Below are positions 63,112-75,530 of a DNA stretch of 124,000 nucleotides, piece by piece. The stretch's first letter is position 1; every line of letters begins with the position of its first letter. Where the stretch lies: NCBI RefSeq assembly GCF_000400465.1, contig NW_008806281.1:144001-268000 (forward strand). The letters are read 5' to 3'. The DNA is from Wallemia ichthyophaga EXF-994 (lineage: Eukaryota; Fungi; Basidiomycota). The notes below the pieces were generated by a model, which worked only from the letters and a program-made list of their open reading frames with translations, did not search any database and had not been told where the DNA came from. The position numbers and the translations under genes are program-made.

Positions 63112-65866
63112 CTAGTACCTGCGGACAGCCCATTTCGTTCCTCTTGTTTGAACAGCCGAGGTCGAGTGAAACAGATTGTGCGACGGAGCCTGTGTAGTGT
63201 ATGAGATAATAGCATCAAGTAAAGAGCTCAACCCACCTAAAACCCTACCAATATCACTAATCTCGCCTCTTTCCTCTGTGCTTATATCATATGCGTTCCC
63301 CCTCAGCAGTTCCTCCGCCTGGGACCGAAAGAGCGATGTGCGCTGCTGGTCGAGTTTCGCGCGCCCGACGACGACCATATCCTCTGAATGAGGATCAGGC
63401 AGTGCCGAGTGAAGCGAGTCTAGTAGGGTAGTGAGGATGCTTTCCGCGTCGACCTTTATATCGATACGGTGAGGAGTGCCATCGGGAGGAGTGTCGGGCA
63501 CATCATTCTGAGCAGAAGCGGTTGCGCCTTCACCACCACCCTCGTCATCACCAAGCCCGCCCGCACCCACATCGTGCGACGCGCGTCTGTGGAACATATG
63601 ACTCAGACCTCTGCTCTCCTGTATACCAGGTGCGACCATAGTGATCTGACCATGAAGCGTGTTATCGTCGTGTTTTTGTGGCAGCCCCATTCCCGGAGAA
63701 ACCATTTGAGTGAGCTCAGCCTCCTGTGCCAATTTGCTCTCGTGCGTTTCCGATTGAATGGTCAAGTTGAGTATGACGACATCGACAGATTGGATCCGTC
63801 GCACTATCTCTCGCGCACAATCATCATCTTTGCCACCGAAAAAGATGAGAAGGACTTTAGGACGTCTGGGAGATTTCTTCGCATGGCTGCTAGCATGTCG
63901 CAGTATATCGAGGGGTTGCACTATCACGCCCATCTCCGCTATGTATTGTGACTCTTTCAGTAACGCACCAGCGAAAGAGCGCGGCTTGTTGATGTCATTC
64001 GCAATTGTCGTCGCTGCAGTTCCGAAAGCCCCGCTGGATGGTATCCACGGCGTTATGACTATGCCTGAGGTGGAGATGGATTGCATGTACTCGAGCGTCA
64101 CGCGCACATGATCGACACGCTCAACTAGTAAAGATGTGGACTTGTGGTGAGTGTTGACTAAGCCGGATAGCTTCTCGAATGAGGTTAGCGCATTAACTAG
64201 TTCCAGACCCTCACTGTTTATGTTCATGTGCGAGTGTCCAAGGTACTCGGCTGCAGTGGCACGTGCTATGTATGCACGTGAAGTTATGTCGATTGCATGC
64301 AAATGAAGATTGACTACGTTGAAGCCGGGCGTCGATGACGACAGGAGCGAAAGAAACTTGAGGGTAGGGGTTAAAGGAGGAGCCATGGTATTAAAGACAA
64401 TAAGAACGCTCTTGGAGGCTGACGGAGATTCCTCTTGAGTAATACCCCCCTCATTCTTTTCAATGTCCTTCTCGTCGACGGGGTGTGCGTGGAGATCGAT
64501 TCTGTTGAGATAGACCCAGTCTGCGAGCGGACGTACGGTGAGAGTGGTAAGAATAAAGACCATGACAAGCTGTGCGTAGACTAGTTCGGAAATAACACCA
64601 AGCTCTAAACCGACAGAGAGAATAACGAGCTCTATAACACCCTTGGATTGCATCAAGAAAGCTACACACATGGCTTGGCGCCACGGGAGACCGACTAAAA
64701 GACAGCTAACGGCGGTGCAGCCACCCTTGCTAATAAAGGTGGCTGCAAGGAGGAGGAAGATAAGACCCCAAATCTTACCGCTATCGAGAAGGATAAAGTT
64801 GGTGTTAAGACCGCTGGATACGAAATAGAGAGGGAGAAGGAAAATCATGATCGGAGTTTCGATTCTTTCAGTCATCTTCTCTGGGAAATCATGCTCGTGG
64901 GGACAGCAAGCGCCAAAAGCGAAAGCACCGACCATAGGGTGCAAGCCTAGGATGTCAGTAAACCAAGAGCTGATAAGGGCGCCAACTATAGTAAGAGTAG
65001 CGATACCAGTAGTCAGTTTGTACTCGTTTCTGCGATAGAAGTAGCTGATAATGTGACGAGTGACAAACCACATGAAGATGACTTCGCCAATCAAGCAGAG
65101 AAGCTCCCATAGGGCGTTGATCTGATCACCGCCAGAGGACACGGCAGTGGAGATAGCGAGAAGAATGTAGCCCATGGCGTCATTGCAGACACCTGCAGCT
65201 ATAGCGATTGCACCGAGTTTAGTGGAAATGATGTTGAGTTCAACGAGAATGCGAGAGAGAATAGAGAGAGCGGTAACAGCCATTGAAGTTGCGATGAAGA
65301 GGAAAAAGCCGATAAAGTTGATGGAAGGGTCAGCGAATTCTTGGTACATGAGTACAGACACGCCAACAGATACGCCGAAAGGAACTAGGAGACCTGGGAT
65401 AGTGGTAACCATAGTTTCCTTCCACAAACGTTTCATCAAATCGATATCAGTCTCTAGGCCGACAAGAAAGAGGAAAAGGGCGAGACCGACGTTGCTGGTG
65501 AGGGCTGGAGGGGGTTATTAAGGGGAAATGAAGTATAAAGGATCCTACTAACACAACAAAGCCTTGTGTTCGTCGCTGAATATTGTCTGGGTGAAACCGG
65601 GTATTGCGCCAAAGGCCTGGGGAGAGTGAGCGACTAAGGATGGGAGATTGCAGCAAAAAGATACACACTGTTGGACCTAGTAAAATACCCGCGATAATCT
65701 CACCGACGACTGGTGGCTGCTTGATGAATTTTAACCCGAATGATAAGATTCGGCATAAGATGATGATGATGATAAGCTGGAGGAGGAAGACGGTAATGTT
65801 TTTTACAGGATTATTCTCGTCGTTAAGTGGATTTTGCTTTGCCAGGATGCCGTATAGGGACGACAT
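63112..65866 (-). CDS. KHA1: CPA2 cation/H+ antiporter (Kha1-like)
   Basis: FLLQLIIII..CR.L...LK.I.QP.VVGEIIAGILLGPT, LFLFLVGLE, TA.S.L.RIL.EL, PLYF..SGL.T, KG.IELV.L.VG. Confidence 0.88.
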
Positions 65867-65973
65867 GATGGCTGTTGGGGGACAAGGGTTGTGACAGCCA
65901 AGAGACGCAGCTTCAGGGGTATTTGACAAGTATGACAATTATTAATTAAAATCAATTTACAAGATTGAATTCA

Positions 65974-66800
65974 TCAGGTCATTGCGGATTGAGCATCCAA
66001 TTGAGCCTGCAATCTAGTCTTCCTTCTGTCGTCTTCTTCCTTGTTTTCCCTTTCAATGGCTTCTACAATCTGCTCAACCTGGGCAGATTCCAGCTGCGTG
66101 CTCTTCTCGCCCTTCTTGAGAATTGATATGTCAATGTTCTTAGCCCCAGTTTGCACGACTTGGAGGAGTGATTTGATAGTGAGCTTGATAGCGTCATCGT
66201 CGCTGAGATCATCCTTGTAGTTCTTCTCTAAGAATTCCCTGACAGTCTTTGATGATCTACCGATGCTGTTTGCTTTCCATGCAGTATAAATCCCAGAAGG
66301 CTCAGTCAGGTATAATTTTGGAGTATTTTCGTAAGGATCGAACCCAGAAAGCAAGCAGCTAATACCAAACGGTCTAACACCACCAGATTGAGTATATTTT
66401 TGTTGAATTTGAGCTATGTGGCGGGTTATATACTCCACTGTAACAGCGTCCTCTACGGTGAGTCGGTGTGACTGGCATTCGAGCCTAGCTTTATCAACCA
66501 ACACTCTAGCATCAGCTGTAAGTCCTGCAAATGCCAATGAAATGTGGTCATCCAATCCAACAACCTTCTTCAACGATCTCGCGTCTTGAAGCTGTAAAAC
66601 TGACTTCTTCTCGACAGCAAGAATAACGCAGTCTTTACCAACTAAACCAACTGCGCATGTTCCCTTTCTCACCGCCTCCAACGCGTATTCCACCTGGGAC
66701 ACATACGTAAGCCACGAATAACACAGCGCACACAACAAACCTGGAATAAGTGACCGTCTGGTGAGAATACCGTGAGTGCTCTATCATATGATCTGGACAT
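65974..66800 (-). CDS. PRE6: 20S proteasome alpha-4 subunit
   Basis: MSRSYDRALTVFSPDGHLFQ|VEYALEAVRKG, QKYTQSGGVRPFG. Confidence 0.97.
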
Positions 66801-66864
66801 TTTCTCTTATTTGCGTGATGGTGAAAGATAGAAGCTGGCTCAATGGGTCTGGCTCAATCGAAAC

Positions 66865-67960
66865 ATGTCAAATCAGGATATTTTAAAAAGTTTAAATTAC
66901 CTCGACAATTTAGATAATTTAGATATAAAGCTATCGAAATTAAATTTAAAATCTTCAACACACTCCCATTTACTCAGTCAGGTGAGGTGTTATCGAGATG
67001 AGCTAGGGAGGTATAAGGAGAGAGTAGATAGCAATTATGACGACATAAGTGTTATCAATGGAAGTATTCAAGCTATCAACACGCAACTCACACGAGCCAT
67101 CGAGCATAACACTCAATTTACCAGCTCAGTCCGTCAATTACTCAATTCCACACACACACTCCAATCCAAGTTGCAATCCACAGAGCAATTCCTCGAAACC
67201 TTCACTCTCCCTCCCCAAGCAGTCCTCTTGCTCAGTTCGAAAGACTACAACATGGATTACCCACTCCTCGACGCGCTAACGCGTCTGAACGACATCCGCC
67301 ACAAAGCCCAATTGCTACACACGCCCACTGGCGACCAATCCACGGCAGCTCTCGACATTCTCCACACATCCTCACCGCTATGTGAAACCGCGTATGTGAA
67401 AATTTGCAAGTATCTCAAACACCAATTCGACATGCACTATGCCAAGAGGGGCGGAGGGGAGGTCATTGTGGAAGGGCTGCACGTTGCGTGTCTGGAGCAC
67501 CTAGCCCAACGTGATGATCTCTACCATGAGGTGCTAGTACATCTGGCCAAACTCCGCAGAATGCTTCTACAATCACAATTCCTTACTGCCCTCGCAAACT
67601 TGGAAAGCAATGAGGATATCATCACCCATCCCGTTCGCTTCGCGGGCGAGTTGCTCGCGTGGCTCCACCAGCATGCGGCTGATGAGAAGGAGTTGATGAG
67701 CGACCTCCTCGCAAAGAAACCCGTCGAGGAAACTCTCTCTAGCGCTCTGTTGGATGTATCGCGGAGGATTAGGGTGGGTTTGCGCACTATACTCAACACG
67801 CTTCGCTAACTCACTCCCCGTCTCTCAGCTTCACCTAACACACGCACTCAGCTTCACTCACCGCTCGGAACAACTCACTGACCTTATTGGCTTCTATAAA
67901 GACACACTCACACAAAGCATACCTGTAGCTAGCATAACCGATCTATTTGCCTATCTTTGA
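66865..67960 (+). CDS. COG6: COG6-like protein, only about 345 aa
   Basis: Coiled coil, FL..F.L, ..R...L..QF..AL, HP.R..G.LLAW.HQ..A.E.E, then LIGFYK.TL. Stop at 67960, 63 bp from the convergent LYS4 stop. Confidence 0.7.
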
Positions 67961-68022
67961 CATGTCCATGTGTGTGTGTGTCTATATGAATGTATAACTA
68001 ATACTTTTAAACTCAAAACACC

Positions 68023-70221
68023 CTAAGCAGCCGCAATGGATCTCTTCACCCAACCTTCGAGACCACCCGCTGTCCAAATATCCTGCACGGCGGTACCAAC
68101 TCTAGGAGCTATGTAAGATTTGACGACGTTGCGGTCCGCGTCGACGACCTCAATGAGTCCATCAGCGGTAGAAACACGGACATTCCACCCAGTATGCACC
68201 GTCTGTTCACCATTACGACCACCCATACCGCGTTGATTATCTGGAGTGAATTTGCTAGTCATATCCTCAATCAACTCGGGACACTCGACGACGATGAGGC
68301 CGTTATTGATGGCATTACGGCGGTACACATCACCGAAACTTCCGCCGAGAACGAGAGGGATACCGGCATTAAGCAGGGCTGTTGCGGCTTGTTCGCGTGA
68401 TGAGCCTGTACCAAAGTTGAAACCGGAGGCGAGGACGACGCCGGAGTGTGTGGACGTATTGTCATTAACCCTGCTACTCGACTCACGCTCATGCAGCTTC
68501 TTCACCACTCCCGCAAACGACACGTCGTAGTTCTCCATGACCACCTCGGCCTGTTTGGCAGCGGTGATATCGTCCTGGTATGTGTATTTGCCGGGATACA
68601 TCCCATCCGTGGTGAGGTTATCCTGAGGGGCGAAGAGAAGTGGGCCTTCGAACATGGCTGGGAAGCCTGGCAGGAGTGGTTCCTTTGGAATGTTTTGGTT
68701 AACGTTTTGTGTTGTGCTCTCCTCCTTCTCACCACCATTTTCAATACTCCATTCGGGTTTATTGCTCGTGCTGAGGTGGAGATTATCGTGGAGTCCAGTA
68801 CCGGTGATATGCCCATTGATAGCACTCGCCGCTACGACAGCAGGAGAAGCGAGGTAAGCGAGGGCATTAGGTGAGCCCATCCTGCCTTTATAGTTGCGGT
68901 TCGTAGCGCTAATACCGACCTCGCCATCTTCGAGCAACCCAACACCTAGGCCAATACAAGGGCCGCAACCAGCCGGAAGAGGGCGGGCACCGGCATCTAG
69001 CAGTGTCTGCCAATCACCGCTCATCTCGCTATCCTTCTGCACGACTGAGGATGCAGCAGCGATGTAGAATTGCACACCCTCCGCCACTTGTCGTCCACGC
69101 ACAACCGCCGCCGCAGCTGCTATATCAGACGCACGACTATTGGTGCAGCTCACCAAATACGCCTTGTCGATCTTGACAGAGCGCTCTTGTAACACAGGCA
69201 GCGGCGTCGATACTTTCACCGAGTTGGGGCCGGATACGTGCGGCACAAGCGTGTCGAGTTGGAGAGAGAGGTGGGCGGCGTATTGCGCGTCATCGTCAGC
69301 ACGCAGGACATTACCAGCCAACGCGCGGATCCTGTCGCTGTTGATGCGCGGGTGCGGGCTGCCGGGTTGGTGGCCAGCGGAGGGAGCGAGGGCGGAGAAC
69401 ACCCCAAGATCGAGCTTCTTCGCCTGTGCTTCGTACCAAGCAAGTGTATGCTCGTCGACGGGGAACACCCCAGCCAGTGCCCCCCATTCGGTGGTCATGT
69501 TCGCAATGGCGAGACGCTCGTCGATGGATAGCATGGATACACCGTCACCGACAAACTCAATGACGCTGTTGAGCACCTCGTCGTGGTTGAAAGTGCCGCA
69601 GAGCGCAACTATTACATCCTTTCCACTGACGCCCGGCTGCAGACTGCCCTTCAACTCTACTTTGACGACGGGAGGTACTTGCCACCAGGTGCGTTGGGTT
69701 GCCCAGATGGCAGCAGCGTCTGTGCGCACTATCGGTGTTCCCAGACAGCCTACACCGCCGTACATGTTAGAATGGCTATCACTGGCTACGACTAGCGACT
69801 GTGGCCACGCGTACCCCTCCTCGATGAGGATTTGGTGACCTATTCCCCTCCCGGCTGGATAGAAATCTACACCGTGTTTATTCGCAAAGGCCTCGATTTT
69901 AGCGTACTTTTCCAAGTTCTTGTCAGATTTGTTCTGTACATCGTGGTCTATAGTGAAAACGGGTTGTCGGGGATTCGAGAAGCTGGTGGCGCCGATAGCA
70001 GCGAATTTGGAAATGACGGGACCAGTGTTATCGTGTGTCATGATATGCTGTGGCTTGATCATGACGTAGTCACCAGATCTCACAGGCTTTGTAGGAGTGG
70101 TGTACTGGCTGACGATCTTCTCGACGAGGGATTGGCGTTGGAGGGGAGTGGGAGAAGTGGAAATGAGTCTGTGAGTGTGTTTCCCGTAATTAGTAAATCT
70201 TCTTCCAAATCCACCAATCAT
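68023..70221 (-). CDS. LYS4: Mitochondrial homoaconitase
   Basis: THDNTGPV, GIGHQI..EEGY, ASDSHSNMYGG, LVSCTNSR, CGPCIGLG, NFGTGSSREQA. Confidence 0.97.
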   Translation of the reverse strand: MIGGFGRRFTNYGKHTHRLISTSPTPLQRQSLVEKIVSQYTTPTKPVRSGDYVMIKPQHIMTHDNTGPVISKFAAIGATSFSNPRQPVFTIDHDVQNKSDKNLEKYAKIEAFANKHGVDFYPAGRGIGHQILIEEGYAWPQSLVVASDSHSNMYGGVGCLGTPIVRTDAAAIWATQRTWWQVPPVVKVELKGSLQPGVSGKDVIVALCGTFNHDEVLNSVIEFVGDGVSMLSIDERLAIANMTTEWGALAGVFPVDEHTLAWYEAQAKKLDLGVFSALAPSAGHQPGSPHPRINSDRIRALAGNVLRADDDAQYAAHLSLQLDTLVPHVSGPNSVKVSTPLPVLQERSVKIDKAYLVSCTNSRASDIAAAAAVVRGRQVAEGVQFYIAAASSVVQKDSEMSGDWQTLLDAGARPLPAGCGPCIGLGVGLLEDGEVGISATNRNYKGRMGSPNALAYLASPAVVAASAINGHITGTGLHDNLHLSTSNKPEWSIENGGEKEESTTQNVNQNIPKEPLLPGFPAMFEGPLLFAPQDNLTTDGMYPGKYTYQDDITAAKQAEVVMENYDVSFAGVVKKLHERESSSRVNDNTSTHSGVVLASGFNFGTGSSREQAATALLNAGIPLVLGGSFGDVYRRNAINNGLIVVECPELIEDMTSKFTPDNQRGMGGRNGEQTVHTGWNVRVSTADGLIEVVDADRNVVKSYIAPRVGTAVQDIWTAGGLEGWVKRSIAAA

Positions 70222-70270
70222 TTCATTAATAATTCCTCAAGATGGTTGTTGATCCGCTACAACCAACAAA

Positions 70271-70960
70271 ATGCTCAAAGAGGTGGAATCAGCTGAAGAA
70301 TTTCAATCGTTATTGTCCAACAACCTCAATGGATTGAGCGTACTCAATTTCTGGGCTCCTTGGGCAGATCCATGCACTCAGATGAACGTTGTAGCCCGCG
70401 AACTGAGTGAGAAGCACACCGCTGTGCTATTCCTCAACATTGAAGCCGAATCTCTGCCCGATATCTCGGAAACATTCGATATTGAAGCTGTACCTTGTTT
70501 TGTGCTGCTTAGAGGTCACACTCTGTTGGATAGAATAAGTGGCGCAAACGCTGCTTTACTCGCACAGACAGTACAGAAACACTCCACCTTATCAAACAAC
70601 AACTCCTCTCAATCCACTACTAGCCAGCCTCCTCAGCCACCACTGCCCGTTGAGACCGAGGATCAGCTCAACTCGAGGTGCAACTCCATCATGAACCAAT
70701 CAGACGTCGTCTTATTCATGAAAGGGGATCCTCAAACTCCACGCTGTGGCTTCTCCAAACAGACTGTCGCTTTGTTGAGGGAACAAGGCATTCAATTCAC
70801 TCATTTTGATATTCTCCAGGATGAGAGTGTCAGGCAGAATCTCAAGAAACTCAATGATTGGCCAACATTCCCCCAAATTATCGTAAAGGGCGAACTCATC
70901 GGTGGTCTAGACATACTACGTGAAATGGTTGAAAATGGTGAAATGAAGCAGTTAGTTTGA
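70271..70960 (+). CDS. GRX4: Monothiol glutaredoxin (Trx + CGFS Grx)
   Basis: FWAPWA.PC, FMKG.P..PRCGFS, WPTFPQ...GELIGGLD. Confidence 0.93.
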   Translation: MLKEVESAEEFQSLLSNNLNGLSVLNFWAPWADPCTQMNVVARELSEKHTAVLFLNIEAESLPDISETFDIEAVPCFVLLRGHTLLDRISGANAALLAQTVQKHSTLSNNNSSQSTTSQPPQPPLPVETEDQLNSRCNSIMNQSDVVLFMKGDPQTPRCGFSKQTVALLREQGIQFTHFDILQDESVRQNLKKLNDWPTFPQIIVKGELIGGLDILREMVENGEMKQLV

Positions 70961-71025
70961 GTTTGTGATACGTTATTTATACACTTAGTTGGTTTAATAT
71001 TACATTTGAACATTTTCACCCCTTC

Positions 71026-72245
71026 TCACTCTACTAACACCTGCTTCAATACTGCTGTGCGTATCCATTTCCTGCGACGCGTGTAACATCCCATACCATT
71101 CTTTGAACTCCATCTCTCCCATTGGTTGTCTCCATACGACCAGCCATTCTGATCAACACCATCTGCAGTACCCATTTCCTGGTTAGATCCAGCGATAGCA
71201 TCTATTGAAGACCTCGTTGGTGGATCTTTGTCGACACTTTTCTGTTTTGTCTCAGTGGGTGCCTGCGCAGAATGTCTGTTAAACTTAGCCAAGCCCTGTT
71301 TAAGAGCTTTTTCAGCACCCGATCTATCTACAGAGAAGGAGTGAGTAGAATTATCACCCTTGTCATCGTCTTCAGAGGGAATATTTGGGAGAGGGAGTAT
71401 TTTCACAGGTTTATTTTGTCCGGGAGTGGTAACCATCCAAGACTCATCTAACCAGGACCACGTGTAAACTATTTTGTCATTGGTTGATGTATCCTGGGGT
71501 AAGTTGAAAGTGTTAGGTGGCAAGACGGGATCTAGATTGCTGTCTGACCTGAAGTGAATGTGAGTGCGGGTGTAAGACTAAGCACAAATCCAACTAACCA
71601 AGTAGGTCTCTCGCCAGGAAGTAAAGCGTGTGTCCAATCAAGACCCATCCACCATCTTTGATTTTCGTATATCTCAAAACGAAACATGGTATCTTTAGAT
71701 TTACTCTTGTTACGTTTGAGAGTGTTTAGTTTGTCTTTAACCAGGGTAATGAAAGGGATGCGCTTGTCTTTGAGGGAGTATTGGCTGTTGAAGCTGTCTA
71801 GAATGACGTAAATCTCGGGGTTGTTGACTAGAAACAGGCAAGTGAAGGAGAATGAATAGAAAAAGCGTGTGGGGAGGATTAATCTGAGGAAAGCAGCAAC
71901 AGCCACAGCAATAGAAGATTGAGTAAAGGTGTAACAACCAAACTTAAACTGATTTAAACCAATATTGATCTTCTGAAGATGGATAATTGATTGATTGATA
72001 TCTTTATCGGTTTTAGTGGGTTTCTGAGTGGATTCAAATAGGCCAAAGAATAAGAAAGTCATTGCTGCTAATAATTCAACCCAATTGAAATAAAGAATAG
72101 CCAAATTCACAGCCAATAGAAAGATGAAGCTGTTTACCTTGTTATTGTATTGAAGAATATCGATTATGTTTGAAATATATCCCAGTGTATTTGTGTATTC
72201 TATTAGTAAATTCTGCAGCTCTTCTTCTCCACTGCCAATTTTCAT
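71026..72245 (-). CDS. Pex24/Pex30-family peroxin (DysF domain)
   Basis: TM segments, then F.IYENQRWW.GL.W...LLPGER..W|, D..GW.Y.DN.W.......G.YTRRRKW.R. Confidence 0.85.
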
Positions 72246-72270
72246 CGTTGTAGTTTCTAATCAAACGACC

Positions 72271-73516
72271 ATGTCTGAATCATCATCAGAATTATCAAAT
72301 ATAACCCAAGAAGCACATCGACTTGTTTCTATTGGAAATTATAACGAAGCATCTAACAAATATTCTGACGCTTTAGAGATTGTACGCGATACTCACGGTG
72401 AATTGTCTGTTGAATCAGCTGCACTCCTCCTCAAATACGCTGAATCTCTCTACCTACACGCTGTATCCCAATCTGACGTCATTGGTAAATCTGATGAGGC
72501 AGGCGACACGGCAGATACGGCAGACGCGGCAAATGCAGCACACACAGCACACACTCCAAGCACAAGCAATGCAAGCACTGCAAACACTGCAAACACAGAC
72601 AATCTCATTCAGCTATCTGACGACGACGACGACGACGACAACGACGATCAAGGCGATGACGACAACCAGCCTGAACAAGACCCCGACCACTCCAACGAAG
72701 ACACCCCCGACGACGACTTCGGTGCTGCATGGGAAGTTGCCGACCTTGCCAAAGTTATCTACCAAAAGTTAGACGGCGATAACAACAAACTCTGTCTCGC
72801 AGATGCACACATGCTTCTTGGTGACATAGCACTCGAGTTGGAGACATTCGAAGCAGCCGCACTCGAATACAGCAGCTCGCTCGAGATTAAGAAACTAATT
72901 CTCAACCCGACTTCGCGAGTACTCGCAGAAGCGCATTTCAAGCTTGCCATTAGCTATGAGCTTGTACCAGGCCATGTCAGACGCGATACTGCACTCGTGC
73001 ATGTCCAAGATGCCAAAGAGGTGCTCGATGGGCGTCTTGGCGAGTTGAAAAAGCGCGTTGAAAGTGGTGCACCTGTGGAGGTGTCGGGTGAGAATGAAAA
73101 CAATGACAAACCCGCACTTAGAGAACGCGTTGAGAGATTGTCAATCGAGGATGCCACCAAAGAGATTAAAGACATCGAGGAACTCATCGGTGATCTTAGA
73201 GAAAAGGTTGGTTTACATTGTATCACACACACCCTTCTAACTAGTTCAATAGATTGCCGAACTCGAACAACCCCCTCCTCCAGCTTCTGAAGACCCTTCC
73301 AAATCTACTGTCGATGTCCTTGTCGCTGAAATGGATAAGGCTAAACAATCTGTCGCTAGCGACGCCCCCGTGAATGTACTCCAACCCAAGAAAAAGCAGG
73401 ACAAGAGGAAAGCCGAAGATCAACCTGCGAGCGAGGCTGACAAGAAGGTGAAGAGTGACCCTCACGCTCACCCAGGCAAAAAAACAGAAACAGAAAACGA
73501 AGAAACTCCAAACTAG
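72271..73516 (+). CDS. NASP/Sim3-type histone chaperone (SHNi-TPR)
   Basis: Y..A...S.ALE, acidic insert, DDF.AAWE..D.A..IY, H..LGDI.LE.E.F..A..EY. One intron near 73207-73250. Confidence 0.85.
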
Positions 73517-73564
73517 CACAGATATATCACTGAAACTATTTATGTTATACAAAAATAACCCCAT

Positions 73565-74981
73565 TCAATACCAAGGTTGACGATTATCCGTGATTGCATT
73601 ATGAGTGAATGATTTACCACCCTCCCCAAATTCGCCTACGATGTGACCATTGTCTGCAATACTCCTGAGTATGTATTTGTATATAACCAGTCCCTCTAAA
73701 CCGACAGGACCTCTAGCGTGAGTTTTGCCAGTGGCTACACCAAATTCAGCGCCAAATCCATACCTAAACCCATCAGCGAATCTAGTCGAAACGTTGACAT
73801 AGCACCCAGCGCTGCCAACGCCCTTCATCCAGGTGTTCTTGTTGGTGCTGTTTTCAGTAACAATACAATCTGTGTGATGGGAGCCGTGAGTGTTGACGTG
73901 CACGATAGCCTCGTTTATGCTGTCGACAACCTTTACTGATATCTCGTAATCGAGCCACTCAGTGTGGTAGTCGGTATCTGTGGAGAGCAAGAGCTGACTG
74001 GAAAATTGCTGATGAACATCTTTGGAGATATTCTCAAACGACGTCTGATCGCAGTGCATAGTCACTGGATTCTTATTCTTCAACAGCGCCAAAGCTATAG
74101 TGTCCAAATTGCTCAGTTGAGAGCGGTGCAGGAGGAGAGTTTCGGTGGCGTTACAAACACTTGGATAGTCTGTTTTAGAGTCGACTACTACGCGCACTGC
74201 CTTATTGAGATCTGCAAATTGATCGACATAGACGGAGCAAATTCCATCTGCATGACCCATAACGGGAATTCTGCTATTCTCTTTAATACTCTGAACCAAC
74301 GCTTTTCCACCTCTAGGAACGACAAGATCGATATATTTGTCGAGATGAAGGAGACTACTAACCTCGTCGCGAGTGTTGATAGTCTGGATGAGGTGAGGGA
74401 GAAGTTGAGTGCGTGATTTGAGTGCCTCTTGTATCACGCTGTTTAGTATTTGAGATGTGTGTTTCGATTCTTTACCGCCCTTGAGTATCGCCGCGTTACC
74501 CGATTTGATAGAGAGTGCAGCGACGTTGACGACGACTTCTGGACGTGATTCGAATATCACCAAGAGCACGCCAATTGGACACGCGACTCTGTACAACTCC
74601 AGCTCATCATCCAATTCAACAGCATAGCTAATCTTGTCGTTAGGATCATCGAGCGAGGCTATTTCCTCGAGTGATTGGATGATGCCGTTGAATTTGGTAT
74701 CGTTGTTCAACGCCAGCCTGCGCATCGATGGCGCTGATAGCTTGCCTTGTTCGACCAGTGTAGCTGCTTCCTGTGGGTGGAATTGGCTGGCATTTAACAC
74801 AAATTACACCCAAACACACCTTCAAATCACGCTCGTTTGCTGCATAAACCTCCTCTTTGCGGTGTTGTAGCTCGTCGCGTATCGCTAGCAGCGCATTCGA
74901 GCGCTGGGTAGACTCAAGTAACTGTGAAGCATCGAAAGCTTCCTTGGCTTTGTAACCGAGTAATTCTGCATTATCTGACAT
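73565..74981 (-). CDS. PRO2: Gamma-glutamyl phosphate reductase
   Basis: CPIGVLLVIFESRP, GNAAILKGGKES, PRGG..LV, YPSVCNATETLL, N.STRFADG..YG.G.E.G..T.K.HARGPVGLEGL. Confidence 0.96.
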
Positions 74982-75016
74982 TCTCCGTTCTTCTCTCTTC
75001 ACAGTCCACGTTGAGG

Positions 75017-75511
75017 ATGTTGGGCGGGATATTGAGAAGAAATATCAGTCGCAGTGTTGGATGCAGCTACAGAGCTGCCACTGCATTCCCAAAGCTCACC
75101 AGACCATTCACGCACTCCCCCACACGCTTTCACAAAATACCTACCGACGGTACATCCACCCCGATAGGCCATGTCGATCCACGCCTTCAAATAAGCTTCA
75201 CTTGCACCGTCAAAGATTGCGGCGAAAGATCCACCCACGAATTCGCCAAGAGCAGCTACACCAAGGTGGGTTTGTCACCGTCACGTCATTCTTACTCGCT
75301 GCTTACACCCAACTCACAGGGCATCGTTATTGTTCAGTGTCCGGGCTGCAGCAATCGCCATCTCATCGCTGATAACCTTGGCTGGTTCAAACAGCCCGAT
75401 ACAGCCCAAGGAGAGCTGCGCACCGTCGAAGATCTCATGCGCGCTAAAGGCGAAAAGGTACGCAGGGGTGTTTTACAACAAGGTGGTGAAACTATAGAGT
75501 TTTCTGATTGA
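75017..75511 (+). CDS. ZIM17: Mitochondrial DNL zinc-finger chaperone
   Basis: Presequence, FTC....CGERS.H.F.K.SY..|GIVIVQCPGC.NRHLIADNLGWF. Confidence 0.93.
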   Translation: MLGGILRRNISRSVGCSYRAATAFPKLTRPFTHSPTRFHKIPTDGTSTPIGHVDPRLQISFTCTVKDCGERSTHEFAKSSYTKVGLSPSRHSYSLLTPNSQGIVIVQCPGCSNRHLIADNLGWFKQPDTAQGELRTVEDLMRAKGEKVRRGVLQQGGETIEFSD

Positions 75512-75530
75512 CTTGGTCCCTCGTTCTTGC

